DNA of 54,837 nt from Rubripirellula sp. (lineage in GTDB: Bacteria; Planctomycetota; Planctomycetia; Pirellulales; Pirellulaceae): positions 1 to 54,837 of the forward strand of contig JAKMEW010000086.1 of assembly GCA_022425745.1 (NCBI GenBank), read 5' to 3'. The notes under the pieces are model-generated. The model made no database searches and was not told the origin of the DNA. It saw only the letters and a program-made list of their open reading frames with translations. This document shows, piece by piece, positions 31,001 to 39,451 of this stretch. The position numbers were made by a program, and so were the translations under genes. How positions within the stretch are numbered: position 1 is the first letter of the stretch; every line of letters starts with the position of its first letter.

Positions 31001-31505
31001 ACTCGTACTTGATGACGAAATCCTGCAAACTCCGTAGATCGGCCAGACTTTGACCTTCAGAAGAAGGCTGCAGGACGTAATACAAAATCTGTCCGAGCGC
31101 AGTTGCATCTGGCCCCAACTGGGGTGTGACGCCAGCTGGAAGCTGTGAAGCAGCTGAACCCAACTGCTCCGCAACTCGACTTCTCGCCCAATAAAAATCC
31201 GTTTGATCGCTGAAAGTAATCTGGACAAAGCTGTAGCCAAACATACTCTTCCCGCGGACGGACTCCGAACCGGGAACCGATGACAAGGTGACACTCAACG
31301 GATACGTAATCTGATCCTCGATGTCTTTCGGAGATCGCCCCGGCCATGGTGTCAGTACAATGACCTGATTCTCACCGACATTAGGTATCGCATCGATCGG
31401 AACACTCTGATAACTCAGGAAACCATAGACTGCTACCCCCAAGGCAACCAACAACGCCAGCCAAGGTTCACGAACGCAAAAGCGTATGATTCCTCGAATG
31501 ATCAT
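28020..31505 (-). CDS. cusA: CusA/SilA-type heavy-metal efflux RND permease
   Basis: Motifs IDAIP.V.ENQV, GPDATALG, NIMSL.GI.IAIG.MVD, R.RP..MT. The Met triad equivalents FYMPT, PVAMIET, VVMLQSG are present. Confidence 0.93.
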   Translation of the reverse strand: MIIRGIIRFCVREPWLALLVALGVAVYGFLSYQSVPIDAIPNVGENQVIVLTPWPGRSPKDIEDQITYPLSVTLSSVPGSESVRGKSMFGYSFVQITFSDQTDFYWARSRVAEQLGSAASQLPAGVTPQLGPDATALGQILYYVLQPSSEGQSLADLRSLQDFVIKYELQAVRGVSEVASIGGYVRQYQVEIDPDRLRYHGLSLDMVLGAIRSSNMDVGAKTIESTGMEFIVRGRGFLGRDGDLKLAVRDIENTVVSQRDDVPVRIKDLGRVQVGPDFRRGALDFNGVEAVGGVVVMKHGENPRAVIQRVKEKISQIEPALQGVKIKAVYDRTGLIDETIQTLTNVLRDEILMTVVVVLLFLLHIRGSLVVAFCLPFGVLISFAAMRWFGVDSNIMSLAGIGIAIGTMVDMSIILAENIYGHLADAEMHQEAALDQNADGASRDRLIEEAATEVAPAVVTAVATTLISFLPVFFLTGRDARLFSPLAYTKSFAIAAALVAAVTMVPALSKILMKTQKRKRSDSIGIALAFSILVVGCFHLFWQEFFVDRFSIPVNFALVFTGVISFLVGWQLSRERIRPIDEIPTSRWIRFLYAARLKFALDHKWLILTFPVLLCFFGAGAWFGLPALLRPVEQFASKIGADLNELPGYVDGKHLFQGLQGDDWIALDEGSWFYMPTLYPAVSFSQAMQVLQTQDVLIGEIPEVENVLGKIGRVESALDPAPVAMIETYVMLRPKSQWREGVTKEHVWDEINRVATLPGVTPASALQPIEGRVVMLQSGIKAPMAIRVYGDDLERLGNAALSVARTLKKNPLVDPMTVNPDLVMGKPYIEFSVDRDAASRYGMSIAMVNEVIETALGGTNLISTVEGRERYPVRLRYPRDLRERVEQLVRLPVVTPGGASIPLGEVAKMETTWGPGVINSENARLVAHVSFMPNHRAGDLETVESVEKQLRTAQLLQTEDANYLGLPAGYSLETVGSFRNQLEANRRLTWIIPLVVVINLGLIYLQFRDLPIALAVFTGIPVAFAGGLILVALMQIQLNTAVWVGFIALFGLAVDDGVLMATYIRQSLEKAPLLTRENWTRRDLRELIYQAGLKRIRPCVMTTLTTLIALVPILIATGKGADVARAMAVPVFGGMLVEPITSFILPTLYCGYLELKLRLSR

Positions 31506-33544
31506 TGTTCTACCTCACCGACAGCAAGCTCTTTTTCAATCGCATCGATAGAAAGATCCCGCACCAGATCACCGCACCGTAGCATTTTGCTGCCCCAGTA
31601 AGGATTCTGCTTCTTCCCCTCTGACTGCATCCAATCTCCACCGTTTCCAGGAACCATCGTGCAGTGATAATGAACGAGCTTGAGCGAGGTGGCGGGGCCA
31701 CGAATGTCAGCGGCAACTCGAAGTAAAGCGTGACTCACGTGTCGAAACTTGGACCGCCAGTCTTCGATCGTCCCACCCAGACTTGCCGTTGCACTCCGCG
31801 CCCGCGCGATCAAACCTTTTGTTATCTGTGATATTTCAGCGTTAGACTCCAGATCCATAAGCTCGCTGATCAAAGTATTCTGTGTGGTGGCTGATGGGAC
31901 GCGATCCTCTGACAAGGCAACTTGCAACTCAAAATACAACTGATAAATGTGATCAATTCGCTCGCCTAATTGATTCTGAAAAAGTGTCGGCTCCTTCACG
32001 AGCAGAGCGAGGGGTTCACTCGAAAAGATCGGTGCGCGTTCTGGGTCAATTAAGGATGGATTACCTATTAATTGCATCTGTGAATCGATGAGAAAATTTC
32101 CGTTCAATGCAACCGTCTCACCTGCGGCCAGCCCACCCGTTACAACTGCCTTCTGTTCGGTTAAGACTCCAACCGACACCTGCCGAATTTCAAATCGTCC
32201 CGGTTCTGTTTCCACATAAACGACCGCATGACTACCAGCGATCAACAACGCGTCACGAGGGACCGTTATGACTTCTTGTCCCGGCACAGGCTGATTGGCA
32301 AAGCCCAAGTCGGAAGTCGGTATCAAATCCATCCCACACAGAGGACAAGATCCAGCCGTATCACGAATCAATTGGGGATGCATCGGTGAAATGAATTTAC
32401 CCGCGAGCTCGGGATCATAAACCTCATCAAGGGGAATCGCCGGAACGGTTATTTTCGCCGTTGCAAAATCACCGGGACGCAATTCCCCGTCAAGATTCAG
32501 AACTTCCACCCTCACCCGTACGGTCTTTGTTCGAGGATTCACCGTTGGTGAAATGAACGCCACTCTCCCAGTGAACACCTCATCCTTGATGGACTGAATT
32601 TCCGCTTGAACAATCTGTCCAAAACGCACCAAAGCAGCGTCGTCGGGGAACAAATCCAAAATCAGCCAAACAGTCGACAGATCGGCGACTTTAAAGATCG
32701 GGGCCCCTGCTTTGACATAATCACCCTCAACCGCATTCTTCTCGATCACGGTCCCAAGTTGAGGAGACTTCAGTTGAATGCGAGAACTAGCCTTCCGACT
32801 CTTACTCAGCTCTTGGATCTGCAGCTCCGTCATTCCAAATTCGATCAACTTCTCCTTTGCCAATTCAGCGAGACCGCCCTGATCAGCAACAACCGAATCT
32901 AAAATTGTATTTTCTAACCCTGCGATGTACTCAGCTTGTGCCGTATAGATCTGTGGGCTGTAGACGAGTGCGAGGTTGTCACCCTTAGCCACCTCGACTC
33001 CCATGTAATTTGCAAACAGCTTTTCAATTCTTCCATCAGCGTGAGCAGCAATGGTCGATAGCCTGCTTTCGTCAAACTCAATCGTACCGACTGTTCGAAT
33101 CGTTCTTTGTAATTCTTCGCTTCTAGCGACCGCGGTTGTAATTCCAGCAACTCTCCTCGCATGTGCATCAACCGTGATTGAGATGCCGTCATTCGATGCG
33201 GAACTCGTTGCCAGCACCAATTCCATCGCGCAGACAGGGCAGCGACCTGGCTTTGAGGTCGGCGGTGTACACATCATCGGGCAGATGTAACGAGAGGCCG
33301 TCGCGCCGCTCTCCCCTGATGCTTGTTGAATGCCTGACTCTGACGCTAACCAGCCGCTACGTTGAGCTACTCCGATCGAAAAAATCAGAGAGACACCAAT
33401 CGCAAAAACGATCAAGCCTTTTCCCAAGGAATGAAAAAGCGAAACCATGATGAATCGAAAGGAATCATCCCTTATCTGATCCATTGGAGATCCCTCTTGA
33501 ACTTCTTCGGTCATCTGTGATGGTGATTGTTTTTTTGATGTCAC
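31502..33544 (-). CDS. cusB: CusB-type RND periplasmic adaptor with heavy-metal-binding domains and a DUF3347-like C-terminus
   Basis: Membrane-fusion-protein core (GRIEKL, YSPQI, ADLSTVW); YICPMMC...CPVCAM and SPMHP...CPLCGM; C-terminal YHCTM...W.Q...NPYWG..ML.CG. ATGA overlap with cusA; start uncertain. Confidence 0.9.
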   Translation of the reverse strand: MTSKKQSPSQMTEEVQEGSPMDQIRDDSFRFIMVSLFHSLGKGLIVFAIGVSLIFSIGVAQRSGWLASESGIQQASGESGATASRYICPMMCTPPTSKPGRCPVCAMELVLATSSASNDGISITVDAHARRVAGITTAVARSEELQRTIRTVGTIEFDESRLSTIAAHADGRIEKLFANYMGVEVAKGDNLALVYSPQIYTAQAEYIAGLENTILDSVVADQGGLAELAKEKLIEFGMTELQIQELSKSRKASSRIQLKSPQLGTVIEKNAVEGDYVKAGAPIFKVADLSTVWLILDLFPDDAALVRFGQIVQAEIQSIKDEVFTGRVAFISPTVNPRTKTVRVRVEVLNLDGELRPGDFATAKITVPAIPLDEVYDPELAGKFISPMHPQLIRDTAGSCPLCGMDLIPTSDLGFANQPVPGQEVITVPRDALLIAGSHAVVYVETEPGRFEIRQVSVGVLTEQKAVVTGGLAAGETVALNGNFLIDSQMQLIGNPSLIDPERAPIFSSEPLALLVKEPTLFQNQLGERIDHIYQLYFELQVALSEDRVPSATTQNTLISELMDLESNAEISQITKGLIARARSATASLGGTIEDWRSKFRHVSHALLRVAADIRGPATSLKLVHYHCTMVPGNGGDWMQSEGKKQNPYWGSKMLRCGDLVRDLSIDAIEKELAVGEVEQ

Positions 33545-33861
33545 GAGACCAGCCTTTGGTTTACGAACCCACCCCGGATTTACTTACCCGTGGGATAAGG
33601 TGTTAGCGTTTAATTAGTTATCAGCATGAAGATTCTTCACGCATCCCCACGGATTCAAACATCAGTTGCTTACAGACGACTTGAAGAGACGTCATCCACA
33701 ATCGCAATTGATCCAAAATGTGGACACACTCTGCTAACTCAACGCGTCGATTGAGGCGTCCGAATTCGTGATAAACAGAAGGTCAGTTCAAAACGGTCTA
33801 AGATCTTCCGCGAAGAAGAATTCCTAAACCGATTTTGAATCACAGCGTCGCAACCTTGGCA

Positions 33862-34422
33862 TTAGAGATGCCAAACAGAAAATTGCTTTTGGACAAAGTG
33901 CTGCGGCGGACAGAATCGGCAAACAGAACACGCGGTTCCATCGCAATCATTCAGACTGCCTGTAAAAAAGCTTTTTAGGTCACAAGGCGGCACATGTCGC
34001 TCATCTTGTTTGCGATCAACTTCCGGCAATCCAGCTGGTTGATGATTGGCCTTCAAACAGTGACACTCGCTCTCCAAGACCTTAGTCGTGGTAACAAGCT
34101 GCAAGCTTGTACTCTCGGCTCGCCTGAACGATCCAAACTGATTCAACGCGTTTGGTGTCGTTGATTCGAGAAATGCTTCCTCGGTTTCTTGAAGATGCGA
34201 CGGCACATTGTGTTCGACCCGTCCGGAACAGCAGCCTTGCTTCGGCTCAGTTCCTTGAGTGCGACAACAACCGCAAGCCGTGGTTTCAGCTCCGTCTGCT
34301 CCGTCTGCTCCGGTACAGGCAAGTACCTGACAGCTACCAGTAAGCGAGGCGTTTGCCCAAACCATCGAAAATGGCTGGCAAATCAACGCGACGGTAAGGC
34401 AGAGTTTAACGGCTGTAAGCAT
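33862..34422 (-). CDS. Cys-rich hypothetical protein with signal peptide, upstream of cusB
   Basis: From ATG 34422: hydrophobic leader and 16 Cys (CGCC, GCC, CHC, CSVCRFC). Confidence 0.65.
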   Translation of the reverse strand: MLTAVKLCLTVALICQPFSMVWANASLTGSCQVLACTGADGADGAETTACGCCRTQGTEPKQGCCSGRVEHNVPSHLQETEEAFLESTTPNALNQFGSFRRAESTSLQLVTTTKVLESECHCLKANHQPAGLPEVDRKQDERHVPPCDLKSFFTGSLNDCDGTACSVCRFCPPQHFVQKQFSVWHL

Positions 34423-34515
34423 TTGTACGAAGTTGATCGTTGCAGCGATCCGAGAAAGATTGAGGGACAGCGTGAAGTTTACGCAACGGTTTCCGGTCTG
34501 ATCCAAACGAATTCG

Positions 34516-36294
34516 ATGAAATCAATAAAAAAGCGGGTTGATACAAGCTTTTTCGACAACGTCGATCAAGTAGCCGTCACGACACGCCTCCGGTGCACCA
34601 CCCACAAAGGGGGCCGATTCGTCGCCTGTTTTTTTTTCGCCATGCTCGGATCCTTGCTGCTGGGATGCCAAACGCTTCCAACAGCGAGATCTGTTCCTTC
34701 CAACGCTAAACTGGAGGTAGTTGGACAGAACGACCCTGCACAGGTTTCAGCCGAGCCAATTGGGGACGCGTCTAGAGATGAGCCGCTCGAGGTAGCCGTT
34801 TCTGCAGAGAGCGATCTGTATCCCCAGCAGGATCTTTCAGTTCATGCGGAAGTCTCGAGCCCCAATCTAAAGAACCATGACCCGCCGCCCGAAATCTCAT
34901 TCGACCCCGAAATCTCGTTCCACTCTGAAAGCGGGATTGCTCCCGCCGATTTTCTGCAATCGGCTTCTTTGACCCCACAAAAGTTCAAGCCGGTTAATAG
35001 CGTCACCGTTGTCGCTGTCCAACCGATGGATCATCCCCGTTCGAATTTGGATCAGTCCAGTTCGACTAAAGATCAGACCATCAACGACCAAGCCATCGAT
35101 CTGCTTCAACGATTGGAGGTTCTGGCGACGAACAATCACCCCCGCGTTCAGGCGATTGAACACCAGATACGTGCTCTTCGCCATCGCATTCCCCAGGTCG
35201 AGGCACTACCAGACCCAACGTTCAACAATGTGTTCTGGCCCAATCAACAGCAAGCCCTGCAGACAGCGGCGGGCCGAGTTGGAAATCAAATGACTCTCAA
35301 CCAAAAGGTTCCATGGCCGGAAAAACTACGTGCCAAATCCGCTCTGGCCGAGAAGGAAGTCCAGATCAAAACCGCGGAACTCGAGCAACTGAAGCATGAT
35401 CTAACAAAGCAAGTAAAAGTGGCTTATTATGAGTTCTGCTTGCACACCGAATCATCACGAATCCTTGCAAAAACGCAGCAAGGACTGATCGATTTGTTAC
35501 CCATCGTTGAAGCACGTGTTCGTAGTGGCGGATCGCAACAGGATCTACTTCGAGCCAAAATTGCGATCGATCAGATACAACAACAAATTGCAACTTCGCA
35601 CGAGCAACAACAAATTGCGAAATCAAAACTTTGTGAATTAACTGGCGAGTCAGACATCCAATCGAGCGGAAAAACCGGTTCCCCATCTCACGATATGTTG
35701 ACGAGTGAATTTGAATCTTTAATCGAGACGGCGGAGCGTCTGAACCCTGAACTGCAAGTATTGGAATACAAACACCAGAAAGCAAAAGCAAACGTCCAAC
35801 TTGCCGACCTCGAGCGTTATCCGGATCTTCAATTCGGTGTCCACTGGGGACTCGTGAGCGACGACCGTGAAGTGCTTAGCGGCATTGCAAATGGTCACGA
35901 CATGTTTAGTTTCAATGTCGGAACGACCTTACCAATTTGGCAACACAAGAACCGAAGCGTTATTCGAGAAGCGAAACATCTTGCATCAAGTGCGACTTCG
36001 CATTTGGATTCTCAACGAAGCACTATCCTCAATGAAATGCGTGCCCTGCGTGCAACGGCTGAATCGCTCATGCAGCGACGATCCCTCTACACGGACGGCA
36101 TCCTTCCGAAACTCAAAGAGACTCTAAAAATCAGCTTAGCCGATTACCGAGGGAAGAGAATTGACTTCACTGAACTTACATCCGTGTACCTGGAACAACT
36201 GATGATAGAGACTGAAGTCCTTAGGATTGACGCTCGGTTGGGACAAACGATCGCCAAAATTGAACGAGCGGTCGGAAGTTCTAACATCGAGTAA
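34516..36294 (+). CDS. TolC-family outer-membrane efflux lipoprotein with long disordered N-terminus
   Basis: Lipobox LLLGC; outer-membrane efflux protein repeats (NNHPRV...ALPDP, QKVPWPEKL, NPEL, YPDL, TLPIW, YRG..IDF). Start uncertain; the track start at 34189 overlaps the divergent gene. Confidence 0.88.
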   Translation: MKSIKKRVDTSFFDNVDQVAVTTRLRCTTHKGGRFVACFFFAMLGSLLLGCQTLPTARSVPSNAKLEVVGQNDPAQVSAEPIGDASRDEPLEVAVSAESDLYPQQDLSVHAEVSSPNLKNHDPPPEISFDPEISFHSESGIAPADFLQSASLTPQKFKPVNSVTVVAVQPMDHPRSNLDQSSSTKDQTINDQAIDLLQRLEVLATNNHPRVQAIEHQIRALRHRIPQVEALPDPTFNNVFWPNQQQALQTAAGRVGNQMTLNQKVPWPEKLRAKSALAEKEVQIKTAELEQLKHDLTKQVKVAYYEFCLHTESSRILAKTQQGLIDLLPIVEARVRSGGSQQDLLRAKIAIDQIQQQIATSHEQQQIAKSKLCELTGESDIQSSGKTGSPSHDMLTSEFESLIETAERLNPELQVLEYKHQKAKANVQLADLERYPDLQFGVHWGLVSDDREVLSGIANGHDMFSFNVGTTLPIWQHKNRSVIREAKHLASSATSHLDSQRSTILNEMRALRATAESLMQRRSLYTDGILPKLKETLKISLADYRGKRIDFTELTSVYLEQLMIETEVLRIDARLGQTIAKIERAVGSSNIE

Positions 36295-36360
36295 ACCTTC
36301 TTATCACTGGCGTCTACCCACCGGTCTGTTCTGAATTACCTGCGAAGCAATTGTTTGAGG

Positions 36361-37083
36361 CTATGCGCGAACAGACGACATCCCGCCATCGACGCCAATG
36401 ATCTGACCTGTGACCCAAGTCGCACCATCGCCCAAAAGAAACTCAACCATTGCAGCAATGTCCTCAATGCAACCAACCCGCTTCAGGGGATGCTTGTCAG
36501 CCATTGCCGCAATCTTCTGCTCCGACGACAAAAACCGCTCGCTCAACGGTGTCGCTGTCAAACCTGGAGCGACACAGTTCACTCGAATCTTTGGTGCGAG
36601 CTCAGCCGCTAAGCTTCGCGTCAGACCTTCCAGGGCACCTTTGACGGAGGAGACCGATGCGTGCATCGTCATCCCCTGTGCAACGGCAACGGTACTGAAA
36701 AAAACAACCGAAGCGTTACCTGCAGCACGCAGAGCAGGTTGTGCAGCCTGAAGACATTCAACTGCGGAGATGACATTGAGCTGGTAATCGGCTGCAAGAG
36801 CTTCGCGAGTCAACTGCCTAAGCGGACCCAAATAAATCGAGCCGGGGCAGTAGACATAGCCGTCGAGCTGAGCGGGTAAATGCGATTTATCCAAACAAGC
36901 AGAAGTAACGTCGAGATTTAGATGTGTTAGCTGCTCACTTGCTTCCCGATCGAGTGGGCTCCGAGAAACAACCGTGACAGCTGCACCCGCATCAAGCAAC
37001 CGGCCAACAACCCCCTTTCCGATTCCATGGCTCCCGCCTACCACCAAGTAACTCTTACCGTCTAACGATCGCATGCTGCTCAA
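36361..37083 (-). CDS. SDR family oxidoreductase (atypical, no catalytic Tyr)
   Basis: GGSHGIG, RVNCVAPG, HPLKRVG, TGQIIGVDGG; HASVSSVK in place of YxxxK. Confidence 0.9.
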   Translation of the reverse strand: MSSMRSLDGKSYLVVGGSHGIGKGVVGRLLDAGAAVTVVSRSPLDREASEQLTHLNLDVTSACLDKSHLPAQLDGYVYCPGSIYLGPLRQLTREALAADYQLNVISAVECLQAAQPALRAAGNASVVFFSTVAVAQGMTMHASVSSVKGALEGLTRSLAAELAPKIRVNCVAPGLTATPLSERFLSSEQKIAAMADKHPLKRVGCIEDIAAMVEFLLGDGATWVTGQIIGVDGGMSSVRA

Positions 37084-37410
37084 CTCCGACCCGACTTAAT
37101 GTATTCGACCTATCACGTATGAATTGATGCGGGCTCTGCGACGCATCATTCGGTGCGATTCAGTGTTGAGCATTGACAAGGATACGCATCGACGCGAAGG
37201 AGTGCTTCGCGAGGACCTTGTCGCGAAAGGCGGCGAGCATCTGCGGGGCATCAGAGCTTTAAATTTCCACAAAACAGGCTAAAAACGCGATCACCACCCC
37301 TCTGCGGAGGCCATTCAGGCTTGCACTTCCCACTTTATTCGCAGGGGAACTTGACTCGCCCTAAAAATGCAGCTCACGGTCAACTCCTCCTAACTACCAA
37401 GTGAACTACG

Positions 37411-38250
37411 ATGCAGGTGTCTACGGAACGCAAAAGCTGCATGGAGATTACGGGCGGCAGAAAGTCGGAGGATGTTCAGTACGAAATGCCGGGCCTGCGG
37501 ATGCGAGTCTTTAGCAAGCAATCCGAAATGGGGCTCGAGGGTGGCGGTGAGATTCACTTCATCTCATCCTGTGCCTCCGGCAGAATCACTCGAATACTCA
37601 TCGCCGATATATGTGGTTCGGAATCGCTATTCCGGCAATTCTCGTGTCAGATTCGCGATGGTCTTCTCAAAAGCATCAATTCAATCTGGCAAGACCGGGT
37701 TGTTGACGAGATGGAAAAGCAATTCAAAGAGTTCGCATCCCACGGCGGCTTTGCAACGGCCTCCATTGCTACATTCTTTGCTCCGACTCGAAGTTTTGTG
37801 ATGTGCAACATCGGAAACCCGCCGCCAATCATCTATCGTCAGGCGGAGCGTTCTTGGGAGGTTGTGCACGGAAATCACGGCGAGACCGCCGAAGAAGAAG
37901 CAGTGGAAGGAGTTTTCGCTAAGGGTGAGTATCGATATATAGAAACGAAGCTCGAAGTGGGTGATCACTTTTTGCTTTACGGGAACGGATTCGCACAGTC
38001 AAAATTCCCCGGCGGAGATATCGTTGGGCACGCCAGGCTCCATTCGGCCCTTCAAGACGCCACGCACACTGACCCCGAAACCCGAATCGACCACTTAGTG
38101 AGCCGCATTCGAGAAGCAAGTTCCGAAAGTGAGGACAGTACGGTCGTGGCCTGCGCCGTAACGAACAAATCAGTTGGTCTGGGAGATAATTTGCTCGCTC
38201 CGATCCGACTGTTTAGTCGAGCAAAGGATAATACCAACCTAGGTGATTGA
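37411..38250 (+). CDS. PP2C/SpoIIE (RsbU-like) phosphatase-domain protein, degenerate
   Basis: GGGEIHF, IADICG, NIGNPPP, GD..LLYGNG and EDSTVV align with the SpoIIE motifs GGD, ADVSGHG, NAGHPP, LYTDG and DD.T. Confidence 0.75.
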   Translation: MQVSTERKSCMEITGGRKSEDVQYEMPGLRMRVFSKQSEMGLEGGGEIHFISSCASGRITRILIADICGSESLFRQFSCQIRDGLLKSINSIWQDRVVDEMEKQFKEFASHGGFATASIATFFAPTRSFVMCNIGNPPPIIYRQAERSWEVVHGNHGETAEEEAVEGVFAKGEYRYIETKLEVGDHFLLYGNGFAQSKFPGGDIVGHARLHSALQDATHTDPETRIDHLVSRIREASSESEDSTVVACAVTNKSVGLGDNLLAPIRLFSRAKDNTNLGD

Positions 38251-38323
38251 GGTTGAGGTGTCCGTGGCACGCTCGAAAAAAGGGCGAGACATTCAGTGGT
38301 GGCGATGAAATGTTCATTACACT

Positions 38324-39388
38324 GTGTGCATGTCCAGTTCACCTTACGCAGCACCGGTGGTAATCTCGGATTCTGCGACTCATCGATTTATGCCAATCAC
38401 ACTCGCGGTGATTACCGCAACTGCCTTTTTTTGGATGGATAATCCAGAATCGGCAGCGAGTGAGCAAAATGTTACCGAAACCCCGATCCTCTCTCTGGTC
38501 TTCACTCCTGATGCTGATAATCTCATCGCAATCTCTCAGGCAGGATTGAAGGTTTACCGCTGGCCCTCATTGGATTTGATCAACCGTCATGAAGTGGAAG
38601 CGGCATCTGAGTTAGTCTTGGACAAAGTCGAAACACCGCACGCGGTGACTTTCTCTCCGTTGTCAAACGTTTTAACAATCGCCGGTGGAATCGCCTCACA
38701 AAACGGGGCAGTTGTTAGTTTGTCATGGCCAGACTTTCAACCACTTCAGTATTCACTATCTCATCGAGATAGTGTGATGGAGACACGATGGCTAGACGGG
38801 AAACATTTGGTAAGCGCGAGCATGGATGGAGAGATCCACATTCGAGAAGCCATTAATCCATCTTCGCCTACAAAATTAACTGGGCATTCCAAGGGAGTGA
38901 CCTCCATTTGCGTAGCCGACGACCAGCACTTAATCAGCGGAGGAGTTGACAGTACTCTTCGCGTCTGGAACCTGGAAACTTACAAGTTAGAGCGAACACT
39001 GAATCAACACTCTGGCGTCATTACAGATTTGGCTCCATCTCCGCTCCCCTCGACTCCCCCCATTATCGCGTCAGCAAGCGAGGACCATTCTGTACGATTT
39101 TGGCAGCCCACAATCGGTCGATTAATTCGGTTCACCAAGTTGAATTCCATGCCTCTAATAATCGCGTGGGTCGTGAAAGAAGATCGCGACCCAACCACTC
39201 TCTTAGTTGCCGCGTGCAGTGACGGAACCCTTCAGATCATTGATCCTCAGAACGCAACCGTGATCAAACAGATGGAAACGGGATTGGAACGAATCTTCTC
39301 GTTAGCCATTCATCCCTCGGATTACTCAGCCGTTGTGGGAGGAGACCGGGGACAAATCATGCGAATCGAGCTAGATCTATCAAAATAA
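38324..39388 (+). CDS. WD40-repeat beta-propeller protein, probably exported
   Basis: SH.DSV...SASMDG.I, GH..GV....SGGVD.TLRVWN, H.GVI....SASED.SVRFW. Start possibly ATG 38390. Confidence 0.88.
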   Translation: MCMSSSPYAAPVVISDSATHRFMPITLAVITATAFFWMDNPESAASEQNVTETPILSLVFTPDADNLIAISQAGLKVYRWPSLDLINRHEVEAASELVLDKVETPHAVTFSPLSNVLTIAGGIASQNGAVVSLSWPDFQPLQYSLSHRDSVMETRWLDGKHLVSASMDGEIHIREAINPSSPTKLTGHSKGVTSICVADDQHLISGGVDSTLRVWNLETYKLERTLNQHSGVITDLAPSPLPSTPPIIASASEDHSVRFWQPTIGRLIRFTKLNSMPLIIAWVVKEDRDPTTLLVAACSDGTLQIIDPQNATVIKQMETGLERIFSLAIHPSDYSAVVGGDRGQIMRIELDLSK

Positions 39389-39451
39389 CACGAATGATCA
39401 AAACGCACCCATTGCGTCTTCCGCCGACACCAACATACGAGAGATCAAACA

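Noticed and set aside
33583-33599. CsoR/RcnR-like operator CTTACCCGTGGGATAAG upstream of cusB
   Set aside because: Imperfect symmetry and no cognate regulator in the window; too weak to call.
34189-34515. N-terminal 109 aa of the 701-aa TolC ORF
   Set aside because: It overlaps the divergent Cys-rich gene and lies far upstream of the lipobox, so it is likely an ORF-caller extension.
34289-34923. Short tandem duplications (9-bp GCTCCGTCT at 34289-34312; 18-bp PEISF repeat at 34888-34923)
   Set aside because: In-frame slippage duplications in low-complexity linkers, with no evidence of function.
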